DNA of 64,000 nucleotides. It comes from Entomortierella parvispora E1425 (lineage: Eukaryota; Fungi; Mortierellomycota). Every line of letters starts with the position of its first letter. Position 1 is the stretch's first letter. The stretch lies in NCBI GenBank assembly GCA_020891255.1, contig BQFW01000006.1, positions 1,240,001 to 1,304,000 on the forward strand, given 5' to 3'. A program made the position numbers and the translations under genes. Shown in pieces: positions 26,405 to 38,485 of the stretch. A model generated the notes under the pieces. It saw only the letters and a list, made by a program, of their open reading frames with translations, searched no databases and had not been told where the DNA came from.

Positions 26405-27734
26405 TCAAGCCAACAGGGCGCCGAAATATTCATCCACATCCTCCCAGGCACTGTGACCAATTCCGAGAACCCGATAACCAATATGACCATCCGGTCGGAT
26501 GACCACCAGCGTGCCTGCTCCATGCTTCGCCACGCCGTACTTTTGATGGGCAATTCCATCCTGGTCTAGGTAGATCTTGCCCTCACCCGCCTGATTTCTT
26601 GCCAATCTTTCAATCTTGGCACTCTGCTCCTTCGTCGTCACGTCCTCGGATGCCAACACGTGCACCATAAACATCTGACTGGCCTTGGTAGAGCTGGGGA
26701 TCGCCGACGGAGACGCAGTGGAGACGGCCTCTGGCGCGACTGACTGTGAGTGATGAGTCGGCGGACGAGGTGTGGTTTGAGTTTCCTCGATGATTTCCTC
26801 TCGCGACTTGTAGGACCACTTTGTCCTCCATGCCAACAGCTTTTGAGCAATATCCTCTGCCAGGAACTCAGAGTTTGTTGTATCGACTCCTTTGATTGTC
26901 GCCGGCACAGGTTTAGCAGTGACCAGCATATCTGAGGAAAACACCATCACATGGAAGATACCTGGACCAACTATCAGCTCCTGAAGTCGGACGGTGTCAT
27001 CTGTAGAACCGACCAAAAGTCCCGATTCGGTGTTCTTCTTGATCATTTCAAGGTACGCCTCTCGAGCACGTTGTCCGACTTGGAATTCCTCATCCACATT
27101 CATTTGAGACTTGTGCCGTTGATTGATGGCGTTGTCATGGTATCGGATCATGAGCTACGGATGCAGGAAGAACCTCTTGTGTGAGTACTACAAGCTGTAT
27201 ATCTCCTTGTAAAAATGAGGTTACACTGTATTTACTGCAACCAATGAGCCTACCATTGTCAGAGGATTTGTTGTTGTTGGGAAGTATGGGAGCAGATATG
27301 GTCCCACAGCAATCATCAGTCTTTTGAGAGTTCTCCGAAGGAAGTCTTTGGCCAAAGCGTTGTCAAGCAGCGTGGCTGACAGCTTGATGATACCCTCGGC
27401 CACCGGCTAGAATGTCAAAGGACAGAGGATGACGGAGTTGTTCAGACAGGAGTTCTTGTCTTTTTTCTTTTTTTTTTTTAAAAAAAAAATACCTTGCGTT
27501 CCTGTTCAAAAGTATTGAGGATCGACTTTGGTGCAAGACCATGCAAAACAAGAGCTATTTTCCAGCTGAGGTTGTATGAATCCTGAAGACCAGTGTTCAT
27601 TCCTATTGGAGAGAGTGATTTGTTTAGTCTGTGTCCGTGAAAATGATCCTGCGGGACATGATCCTTCCCTCGACTTGTTTGTTTGTTGCAGGGGTCGATT
27701 CCGTCCTTATTCTTTTGAAGCTTTGTGTTGTTGC

Positions 27735-27772
<38 letters not shown>

Positions 27773-28897
27773 TACCTTGACCACCTGCTGGAGAGTGCAC
27801 ATGGGAGGCATCTCCCGCCAAAAAGACCCTGCCCTTGTAGTCAAAATGTTCAGCATGACGCTCATTCACTCGATAATAAGTTAGCCAGAAACAGTCCTTT
27901 GGCTGGAACTTAATGGTGGGCCCAATGATAGCCTGGACCATGCCTGTGAACATCTCGAGCGTGAGATCTTCCGGCTTGAGGGCCATGTGTTCTTCCGGTG
28001 TTAGTGTGCCATTGTCGACGATGATGCGAGTCTGACCATCATTCAAGGGGAAGGCTACCATCATCTTGCCGTTGTCACCATTGACCACTCTTCAGGCCGC
28101 AAAAAAAAAAAAAAAAAAAAAAAAAAAGAGTCAGAATCAAGAAATTGCGTGGGAACACAACAAAGCAAAAGGCGGACATACGTGATGCAATCAAAAGGTA
28201 TATCAGACTCCACATGGCCATCGTAGATGATGATGTTGTTGTCCAACGTCCTTCCGGGGAAGGCGATGTTGAGCTTGTGGCGCACCACCGATTTGCCTCC
28301 ATCCGTGGCAATCAGGTACTCGGACCGCACAACTTCTGTCTCGTACTGTTTCCCAGCTTCTTCAGCATCCTGCTCGACGACGCCCAAGACCTTGCTCTCT
28401 GTCGAACGGACGTTTGTTCCTTGGATGGCCCTTCGAATAGTTGTCTCGACCCAACTCTTCTTTCCCTCTTCCACAACCTTTGTGTCCATGAGTTCCCATC
28501 CTCGATCAATCTGGACTCCAAGATCGTTCAATTCGGCCGTCAGCAGGGCCGTGGTCCGGAGCTGCTCCAGAAACAAACCAAAGTTGTAGTGGGACTCCTT
28601 GTTGTTCAACACGGGAAAAATCGCCGCCTGCTTCCCACCTTGCCAAATATGGAACTCCCTTAGATGTTTTCCCTCCACCAAGAACCGTTCGATGACGCCG
28701 CTCATGGCCATAATCTCCATCGTGCGTGCATGGAGGACCAGAGCTTTGGACAAAGGCGAGACCTCAAGGTGGCGCTCGATCAATCGGACGGGGATGTTGA
28801 GTTTCGTCAACAAGATGGCAGCGAAGAGGCCTGTAGGGCCCGCCCCAGAGATAAGGACGGGGGTGGTACTGTTGATAGTAGAAGATGACATTGGCAC
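26405..28897 (-). CDS. FAD-dependent aromatic monooxygenase, paralog B (5 exons)
   Basis: VLISGAGPTGL, ATDGGKSVVR, VFLAGDASHVHSPAGGQ|GMNTGLQDSYNLSWK and VIRPDGHIGYRV. Four GT-AG introns keep the frame. Confidence 0.95.
27724..27770. repeat. (TTG)n microsatellite in an intron of paralog B, mirrored as (CAA)n at ~32128-32174
   Basis: Direct reading; both copies give the same translated run, so repeat length matches. Confidence 0.9.
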
Positions 28898-29465
28898 TTG
28901 GCACTTCAGTGAATGGGATAGATTGGAGTGAAGAAGAAGAAATGAAGAAAGGGAGTGAGCAAGAGGCCGTCTTTTTTTTATTTGTCCACAAATCGACGCC
29001 GCTCCACGCGCGCGCGCACGGTTTCAAAGTCGACACTGGGATGCTACGCAGTCACTGGGCAGACAGACCGCGGAGAGCGCACACACATGACGATAACCAA
29101 AGACCTGCAGGTCGCGTCTTTGATTTTTGTTTCCGGGTATCCGGCTGGTCGGCCCATGGCAAAATAATTTGACAGCTTTCTCTCGGGAGCTGCCCTGCAA
29201 AGAAGTCATAGACAATACCCCGATGGAGGGGGACTCTGAGACGATATTTTCGAGGAGTGTCATATGTGAGATGCATCGACTGTCCAGGATAAAGTTGAAT
29301 CTGCCGCTCTTCATCATATTTGTAATTTCATAACCATATCGGCGTTGAAAGCCTCAGAGACCAAAAGGTAAGTTGGTACTTGGTTTATTCCAAGAGCTAT
29401 ACTAGAGCAACGAGACCTGGACACGAGTAAGGAGTGGTGGCGGGAACGCCACGGGTACGATATTG

Positions 29466-29485
29466 AGGCCGATAATTATCGGCCT
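29466..29485. promoter_or_regulatory. Perfect 20-bp palindrome AGGCCGATAATTATCGGCCT in the divergent promoter of B and B'
   Basis: The palindrome is visible. It contains back-to-back GATAA/TTATC cores inside CCG-N8-CGG. A regulatory role is inferred. Confidence 0.4.
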
Positions 29486-30667
29486 TCCTCGCTCCCCGTT
29501 TCGTCACTGGTGATCACACCTCCCTGCCTTTGTGGTGCTACCACGCTTGTCCTTGAGGATCGGATTAGGGACTAGATCGATCGACTGGTCTGCATCTGCT
29601 TCACTAGAGCCAGATTTACAATTGACCAAAAGGTCGATCAGTCTTGTTTCTGACGTCCGTTGGTGCCTCTTCTCCAGCCATCTGTCCCTGATCTTCGCAT
29701 GCATCCCCTCTTCTCCTCTCTTGATCCTCACTCCTCACTCCATCTAGACGTCTATGTCCAAGCCAAACTACTAAAGTTAAGGAATGAACTACCACAATCC
29801 TTAACGGCGTGAACCTCCAAATAAGCCCAAATCTGTCAAGCACTCTCAACAGTGGGCCTTAAGGCAAGTAGGGGAGAGTTTGACCAACCCCACTACTGAC
29901 ATGACGCCGCCCACGGGAACTATAAAACTGATGTATATCCCGATTCAGTCTTTCCTCAACGTATCCAAAAAAAAACTTTCACCCCACTAATTGGTAAGGC
30001 AGCATTTTCTGTTACGGCTAGCATCGACGGTGGTTGCTGCAGCTGCTGACAATAAAACAGGTGTGTGAAAATTGCCCTGTCGTCTTCCAACTGGGTCAGC
30101 TGGCGATCACACTCCGTCAGAATCCCGAAGATGGGTCGACAATCATCTAGCCTCAGAGGGCGATCTTGACTGTCACTGGATACATTGCTGACGAACCCAC
30201 GTTTGTGGAGAATGCAGAAGAGCTGGACGAAACCGTGGAGAAGTTGACGTTGATCCACATGTTGGAGACACCGCGAACCCCGCGAGGAAAAGTCAAGGGA
30301 AGAGTGAAGTCAACATGGCGTTTAGACGTGGCACGCTTGATTTCATTTGGACTTATTACGTAAGACCTGTCATTCGTCGACTTTTGACGTGACAAGGCAT
30401 CAACCAAGATACAGCTTTTCAAGGGAAAGGGGAAAGGGTTGTGCCGCTCATGAACAAGTGCGGTGCCTGCTACTTGGCATAGGGGCAGGGGCGACAATGA
30501 TATGCAGCGAAACTCTCACCGAAGAGCTTTGGTATTCCCATTTGAAACGGCTAGTTTAAATGGGGGTACTTGGGAAGTGGATAGAGATCTTACTTTGGAC
30601 CCAGCGACTCTCGGTGGGAAGCTATCCCCTCCAATACCCCTCACATCGCAGTGGACGAGGCTCTAAG

Positions 30668-31766
30668 CAAAGTATTTTGCCATGGGCCGACCAGCCGGAT
30701 ACCCGGCAAAAAATGTGGACGAGGATGTATTAAAAGACGCGACCTGCAGGTCTTTGGTCATCGTCATGTGTGAGCCCTCTCCGCTGTCTCTCTGCCCAGT
30801 GGCTGCGTGGCATCTCTGTGGCGGACCTTCCAAAAGCAGCAACCGCTTGGTTGACTGACTGGCAACGATGTGAAACCGTGCGCGCGCGCGTGGAGCGGCG
30901 TCGATTTGTGGACAAATAAAAAAAAGACGGCCTCTTGCTCACTCCCTTTCTTCATTTCTTCTTCTTCACTCCAATCTATCCCATTCACTGAAGTGCCAAG
31001 TGCCAATGTCATCTTCTACTATCAACAGTACCACCCCCGTCCTTATCTCTGGGGCGGGCCCTACAGGCCTCTTCGCTGCCATCTTGTTGACGAAACTCAA
31101 CATCCCCGTCCGATTGATCGAGCGCCACCTTGAGGTCTCGCCTTTGTCCAAAGCTCTGGTCCTCCATGCACGCACGATGGAGATTATGGCCATGAGCGGC
31201 GTCATCGAACGGTTCTTGGTGGAGGGAAAACATCTAAGGGAGTTCCATATTTGGCAAGGTGGGAAGCAGGCGGCGATTTTTCCCGTGTTGAACAACAAGG
31301 AGTCCCACTACAACTTTGGTTTGTTTCTGGAGCAGCTCCGGACCACGGCCCTGCTGACGGCCGAATTGAACGATCTTGGAGTCCAGATTGATCGAGGATG
31401 GGAACTCATGGACACAAAGGTTGTGGAAGAGGGAAAGAAGAGTTGGGTCGAGACAACTATTCGAAGGGCCATCCAAGGAACAAACGTCCGTTCGACAGAG
31501 AGCAAGGTCTTGGGCGTCGTCGAGCAGGATGCTGAAGAAGCTGGGAAACAGTACGAGACAGAAGTTGTGCGGTCCGAGTACCTGATTGCCACGGATGGAG
31601 GCAAATCGGTGGTGCGCCACAAGCTCAACATCGCCTTCCCCGGAAGGACGTTGGACAACAACATCATCATCTACGATGGCCATGTGGAGTCTGATATACC
31701 TTTTGATTGCATCACGTATGTCCGCCTTTTGCTTTGTTGTGTTCCCACGCAATTTCTTGATTCTGA

Positions 31767-31797
<31 letters not shown>

Positions 31798-32125
31798 GCG
31801 GCCTGAAGAGTGGTCAATGGTGACAACGGCAAGATGATGGTAGCCTTCCCCTTGAATGATGGTCAGACTCGCATCATCGTCGACAATGGCACACTAACAC
31901 CGGAAGAACACATGGCCCTCAAGCCGGAAGATCTCACGCTCGAGATGTTCACAGGCATGGTCCAGGCTATCATTGGGCCCACCATTAAGTTCCAGCCAAA
32001 GGACTGTTTCTGGCTAACTTATTATCGAGTGAATGAGCGTCATGCTGAACATTTTGACTACAAGGGCAGGGTCTTTTTGGCGGGAGATGCCTCCCATGTG
32101 CACTCTCCAGCAGGTGGTCAAGGTA

Positions 32126-32163
<38 letters not shown>

Positions 32164-33556
32164 GCAACAACACAAAGCTTCAAAAGAATAAGGACGGAAT
32201 CGACCCCTGCAACAAACAAACAAGTCGAGGGAAGGATCATGTCCCGCAGGATCATTTTCACGGACACAGACTAAACAAATCACTCTCTCCAATAGGAATG
32301 AACACTGGTCTTCAGGATTCATACAACCTCAGCTGGAAAATAGCTCTTGTTTTGCATGGTCTTGCACCAAAGTCGATCCTCAATACTTTTGAACAGGAAC
32401 GCAAGGTATTTTTTTTTTAAAAAAAAAAAAGAAAAAAGACAAGAACTCCTGTCTGAACAACTCCGTCATCCTCTGTCCTTTGACATTCTAGCCGGTGGCC
32501 GAGGGTATCATCAAGCTGTCAGCCACGCTGCTTGACAACGCTTTGGCCAAAGACTTCCTTCGGAGAACTCTCAAAAGACTGATGATTGCTGTGGGACCAT
32601 ATCTGCTCCCATACTTCCCAACAACAACAAATCCTCTGACAATGGTAGGCTCATTGGTTGCAGTAAATACAGTGTAACCTCATTTTTACAAGGAGATATA
32701 CAGCTTGTAGTACTCACACAAGAGGTTCTTCCTGCATCCGTAGCTCATGATCCGATACCATGATAACGCCATCAATCAACGGCACAAGTCTCAAATGAAT
32801 GTGGATGAGGAATTCCAAGTCGGACAACGTGCTCGAGAGGCGTACCTTGAAGTGATCAAGAAGAACACCGAATCGGGACTTTTGGTCGGTTCTACAGATG
32901 ACACCGTCCGACTTCAGGAGCTGATAGTTGGTCCAGGTATCTTCCATGTGATGGTGTTTTCCTCAGATATGCTGGTCACTGCTAAACCTGTGCCGGCGAC
33001 AATCAAAGGAGTCGATACAACAAACTCTGAGTTCCTGGCAGAGGATATTGCTCAAAAGCTGTTGGCATGGAGGACAAAGTGGTCCTACAAGTCGCGAGAG
33101 GAAATCATCGAGGAAACTCAAACCACACCTCGTCCGCCGACTCATCACTCACAGTCAGTCGCGCCAGAGGCCGTCTCCACTGCGTCTCCGTCGGCGATCC
33201 CCAGCTCTACCAAGGCCAGTCAGATGTTTATGGTGCACGTGTTGGCATCCGAGGACGTGACGACGAAGGAGCAGAGTGCCAAGATTGAAAGATTGGCAAG
33301 AAATCAGGCGGGTGAGGGCAAGATCTACCTGGACCAGGATGGAATTGCTCATCAAAAGTACGGCGTGGCGAAGCATGGAGCAGGCACGCTGGTGGTCATC
33401 CGACCGGATGGTCATATTGGTTATCGGGTTCTCGGAATTGGTCACAGTGCCTGGGAGGATGTGGATCGATATTTCCGCTCCCTGTTGGCTTGAGCGTCCT
33501 TTTTTCATTTTTTTTTCAAAGCATCAGTACACGCTAGGCAATCTTCTCAATTGACG
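30668..33556 (+). repeat. Right arm of ~2.8-kb inverted duplication
   Basis: Reverse complement of 26347-29171. Confidence 0.97.
31000..33493 (+). CDS. FAD-dependent aromatic monooxygenase, paralog B' (inverted near-identical copy of B, 5 exons)
   Basis: Same motifs and introns as B. The protein differences I found are EMIKK/EVIKK and C-terminal DEYFGALLA/DRYFRSLLA. Confidence 0.95.
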
Positions 33557-35312
33557 GGTTTGCTTGATGGTGAGGACGGTTGACTTGAGGGACTCTTCGA
33601 CTTTGACAGCTTAAAAGAGCGGACTGGGTCTCTAGCTTTATATGGCCATCCTGGATGAGCGTGGTCTATTCAACGACTAGTGTCGCGTTTTCCCCCTCCT
33701 TTGTGCCCCAGTCTGACAATCAAGAGGGAGAAGAAGGGGGTTCATCAGATAGAGCTGATGAGCAGCTGAAGGAAGGAAGGAGAGCGAATTCTAATCAAGG
33801 GGACACCGTTACATTCGTAGGGAGATGACAATGACCAAGCACGTTGGCAAGCTGCCGCGGGGCATGAGGCGTCAAGAGGCGTGTCGGAGAATCCAGTGAA
33901 ATGCTGGAACCATGGGACAGCTCGAGTTGCAGCCGCGACGGTGAGCTATGATCCGGAGAATGACCAAGAGTCTTCTTTTGATCTTTTTGAACAAGAGATG
34001 GACAGTGGAACAACTCAGATGAACATACGAGCCAATCGGAGAGCATTGATGGACAGGGTGCATGTTATTTTGTGCAACCAAGCTGGCTGTGCGATCGCCC
34101 CACGCCATGCGGAGAGATGATGACTTCGAAAGAGAAAAAAAAATTGCTCCCAACGCTCTCGTTCTTTGTTTTCTATGGCCGAGATGGTAGGCTGACCACG
34201 AAATAAAAAGGAAGACACCATGGCGCACCGCACGTGATGGTGCCAATGGCCGTCTGCATTGCATCGTCGCGGGTCGATGCAGCCAATGACCGTTGGGACA
34301 CACCAAGGATCGGATAAGACAAAGGCGACGATTTGTTCTCGCCTCCTTTCCGCTCATCTATTATTTTCGGTTGGTGATGATGCCGACCCAGAGGCGGCGT
34401 GGCATAATGGTATTGTGATGTGAGCTCCTCACAACACCTTGAACTGTTCAAGGCCAGTCATTTGAGTTTCAGCGCGCAGCCCTTGTCGATCATGTTTCTG
34501 GGGATCGTGACTTCATCTCAATGTTAGTGTTTACTGGTTTGACCGAGTATGTCTTGATCTTTTCAACATGCACTGTGTCAATGGCCCTTGGAGCAAACGC
34601 ATGGTCCTTTCATGGGCCCACACTCTTTCCCCTTTCTCTGGGAGCCTTATTTTTTTTTTACTGTTTTGCTTGAGCTTGGGGCGGTTTTCATGCAACTCCC
34701 CATTCTGAGCTCTCCACTCTTGTCTCGGGAAGATGAATAGAGAGTCAATTGGAGAAGCCCACTTGGTGAGCAGACCATGCATGCACGGCACACATAAATA
34801 TCCACTCCGCTAACTTGGGATCGATATTTCGTTTTCTCTCTTCATCATTGACTTTTTCTCTTGGACTGTTTCCGTTTAACTTCGACCACGTTTTGTTTGC
34901 CTCTACTTTTGTGTCTTTGATTTGATCCTGTTGTACCTGAGCCAAGTACCCCGATTCACCCGCACACAATTCGCCCCCTCAATTGAAGACTACATATTGT
35001 CCCTTAATCTCCCTGAAGCCCTTTGGACCCGAAGAATAGAAACTGCTTACGCCCACCCCCGCCCACCCACCATCATCACACCACCACCACACCATCGCCC
35101 CCACTTTTATCCCGCACCCTTCTTTGACCCCAGTTTTCATCTCTTTCCTCCTCTCCCCTACTTTGTCTCTTTGCCCTTTCCCTCTTCTTCCTCCATACCT
35201 TTTCCTTTCGTTGTCCATCCCTCTTTCCCTTATATCTTTTCCATTCTTCCCCCTTTCAACCACACTTTATACCTACGCCCAGTTACCCCCTAAAAGATAA
35301 AAAAAAGAGACC

Positions 35313-38065
35313 ATGGGTAACACACTTTGCTGCCAGAATGAGCCCAGCGATGATGCTCCATCCTCGGTGACCCCCGTCCCGTCCAAGGTTGCACACAGCA
35401 GCAAAGCGAGCAGCAGTTCCACGGTTGCTGGAAACAAGAACGTGAACACCAACACCAATGTAACCACAATAGGCACTTGCAGACAAACAACCTTTTCCCC
35501 CTTGTACTCCCGCCCTTTTGATCCTTCCTCGTAACCCACCCACACCAGGTTCCCGTCCCACTCGCCCGAACCCCATGTTCGCTGATCACAAAAAACAAAA
35601 CTTGAAATGAAATCAACAGAAGAACCTTCGCTTTTGAGTCCTCACGTTCCCCCTCCCTTCCCCTCTTTCCTCTTTCTCACCGTCTTTTCTCTCCTCTCCT
35701 CCCTCTTCTCCCCCCACCCTTTTCATTTCCTTGCATTTGCCTCCAATCGTTCTGCTCCCTTCCCGTCTCCACTTCACTGCATCCCAAATCACCAACCATC
35801 CTGCAACTCTTCCTTCGTTCCTTTCCTCACCCCAATCCGACAGATTTGAACGCTAACATCTTGTCTCTCTACCGTCTTCCGTCTCTCCTTTTCTCTCTCT
35901 CTCTCTCCTCTCCTCCCTCTCCCTCTCTTACCATATCCTTCACCACATTGTGCATCCTTTCACATTATTAGAAGCAGTCTGCTACTACCTTTAGCAACTC
36001 TTTCTCGTTCAACTCATCCGCAGGAGAAGGCAAGCAGCCCAGCAACGATCAGTCCACCTCCTCACCCCTTGCTCCTTCTTCCCCCTCTCTTCTTTCGCCC
36101 CAATCTCCATCCACTTCAACCCTCGGCGGCGCCAATTCCTTCAGAAAGAAGATTCATCGCCTGAGTGGCGTTCCTTCGTCATCTACAGGATCAGCTGGAG
36201 CTAACAAAAGTCACCACGGACGACAGTCCATTTCGGACAACAACAGTCAGAACTCGGCCTCGCTCGAGCAGATGATGGAACGGAGCCATATCTCGCCCGA
36301 TTTCCAATGGTTGGAGGGACGTCGATACCATAACGTGGACGGCGCTTCATACCTCTTGCCAAATGACATTGACGAGTAAGTGGGCCGCATATGAATGACC
36401 CAAAAAAAAAAGAAAAAAAAAAGAGCTGAGCGCAAAAAAAAGGGAGAGGAGAGGGAGGGTCACCATCTTTAATTTTTTTTTGTATCCGAATGATTCGCTG
36501 TGTTTCCGCTTTTTGATGCTGCAATGCTGGTTGAGCGTTTTTTAAACGTGTCTAATTCGCCGTTCCCACGTCTTTTTTGTTTTCTCTGATGTAGAGTTGA
36601 CAGGTAAAGCGCCAATCCAAGAAGAAGGAGAAAACAGGAGATGAAAAAGAGGAGATGAAAAGGACGAAAGTGGACAAACCGGAATTGATGTCTATATTAC
36701 CTTTTGAACCATGATTGTTGTTATTGCTATCTACCGGTGGTGCACAGGTCGCACTATCGAGGTCCCTGTTCTCTTGCCCCTTTTCTTACTCTGATTCCAC
36801 TCTCGCCCTTCTTTCCATATGAATCTTCATGAACCTTCTGTAGATTACAGCTCCAGGTAAGGAAAATGTGCCTCAGGGAAAGCTCCTTTGTTTTACCTTT
36901 CTGTTTTTGATGTATTCCGAATCTAATACCTTCCTGGTCTGTGAATAGCACTTTATTCTTCGCTACGCCATTCAGGGCAACTACAAGTCACCACTGGACA
37001 AGTCAAAGGTACTGCTATCTCTGTCCCTTTCCCTCCACCGATCCAGTTTTGTTGTTACCGCATCGATATGTAACAGAGCCGTATGACTGACGTGCTATTC
37101 TCTGTGTCTTTTTGGCATGTTTACACCTTTTGTAGGTGAAGGCAATCCTTGACGTCGGATGTGGCCCCGGAACATGGAGCATGGTAAGTAGATCAACGGA
37201 ACAGTCTGCCGATTTCCTTGTCACCCTCCTCCCCCTCCGCCTCCGGAACTGTTTTTTTTTCGTCGTTGCACAAAAGCTGTAAACAAAGAGCGATTGCGGA
37301 AAAAACCATATCCATTGACCCCCTCCTGTCTTTACCCTGGTGATCATTCTCCCGTTGTAGGAAATGGCCAACGAGTTCCCGGATGCAACTATTACCGGCA
37401 TTGACATGTCTGCAGTCTTTCCTCAGACGATCATCCCCTCCAACTGCCGATTCATGCAACACAACATCCTGGAGCCGTTCCCCTTTGAGGACAACTCGTT
37501 TGATTATGTTTACCAGCGTCTTCTCGTCGCTGGTCTGACCCCCGAGAATTGGGTCAATGTCATGTCCGAACTTGAGCGCGTGACCAAGCCCGGCGGGTAC
37601 ATCGAATTGGTCGAGGTGGATGGATTTGGAGGCAACAATGGTCCCTACGTGACAAAGATCTGGAACTGGGTCGATGCTGCCTTGAAAACAAGGGGGATCA
37701 ACGTTCATATCGGCCGTGAGCCAGGCTTGGTGCCATTGATGGAAGGCGCCCATATCACGAATATCAAGCATGAGGTCCTCAAGCTGCCCACGGGCGAACA
37801 TGGAGGCAAGATTGGAAAGTTGCTCAAGGAGAACGAGCAGTCGTTCTGGAGCGCCATCACACCCATGATCCTCCATGGAGCTGGTGTTGACAAGGATGAG
37901 TATCAGGAAGCTCTGCGGATTGCAGAGACTGAAGTCGAGAAGTACAAATCCTATCACATATTCTATGTTGCTTATGGGCAGAAGAGGCTGCCCACTGATA
38001 CCTCCGAGTCCCCAGCGGAAGAGACATCTGCCGGATCAACGTCTCTCGGAGCCATCGCCCTTTAA
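35313..38065 (+). CDS. Class I SAM-dependent methyltransferase with long Ser-rich N-terminus and MGNTLCC acylation motif (~7 exons incl. 9- and 13-nt micro-exons)
   Basis: WLEGRRYHNVDGASYLLPNDIDE|VDR|LQLQ|HFILRYAIQGNYKSPL|VKAILDVGCGPGTWSM|EMANEFPDATITGIDM...FPFEDNSFDYVYQR...LERVTKPGGYIELVE. The exon-1 donor is uncertain (phase-0 GTAACC at 35460 fits). Confidence 0.9.
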
Positions 38066-38485
38066 AACTATTGAGGCGCACACCTATACATCTCAATTCA
38101 CATCGAGCAGTCAATGTAGCATATCATATTTCTTTTCTTTCTCTCCTCCTATCTTCTGACAAGTTCATTTCATAATAGCATCACCAAGCATTCTTTTTTT
38201 TTTTTTTATTTTTTTTAAATAATATTGCCCGAGAGCATTGCTTTCGTCCTCATGAATCGCGTCAATGACCGGTGTCGTACTGAAAGTACCCACAGCTTCA
38301 CTATTGGAGGCTAACCACATTTGACAAGATGTTTCACCATGGACTACATCTAAGATGGAGAAGCAATGTGTAAGCATGGCAAATGTGCCCATGCACGCGT
38401 CAAAATTTTATTCAGGAGACGAAACTATATTTTTATTGAGTAATTTGACACTGATGCGCCAATGCCGACGAAAAGCAAAAGAGAG

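Larger units (their letters stand above)
26347..29171 (-). repeat. Left arm of ~2.8-kb inverted duplication
   Basis: Reverse complement of 30668-33556. The ORF track shows mirrored, identical translations in several frames. Confidence 0.97.

Noticed and set aside
29172-30667. Short ORFs in the palindrome spacer, e.g. 30166-30363
   Set aside because: No recognisable domain, no ATG-led spliced model, and no TIR or TSD.
34745-34969. ORF fragment faintly like a CENP-B/pogo HTH
   Set aside because: Similarity is limited to a few residues, with no transposase body or TIRs.
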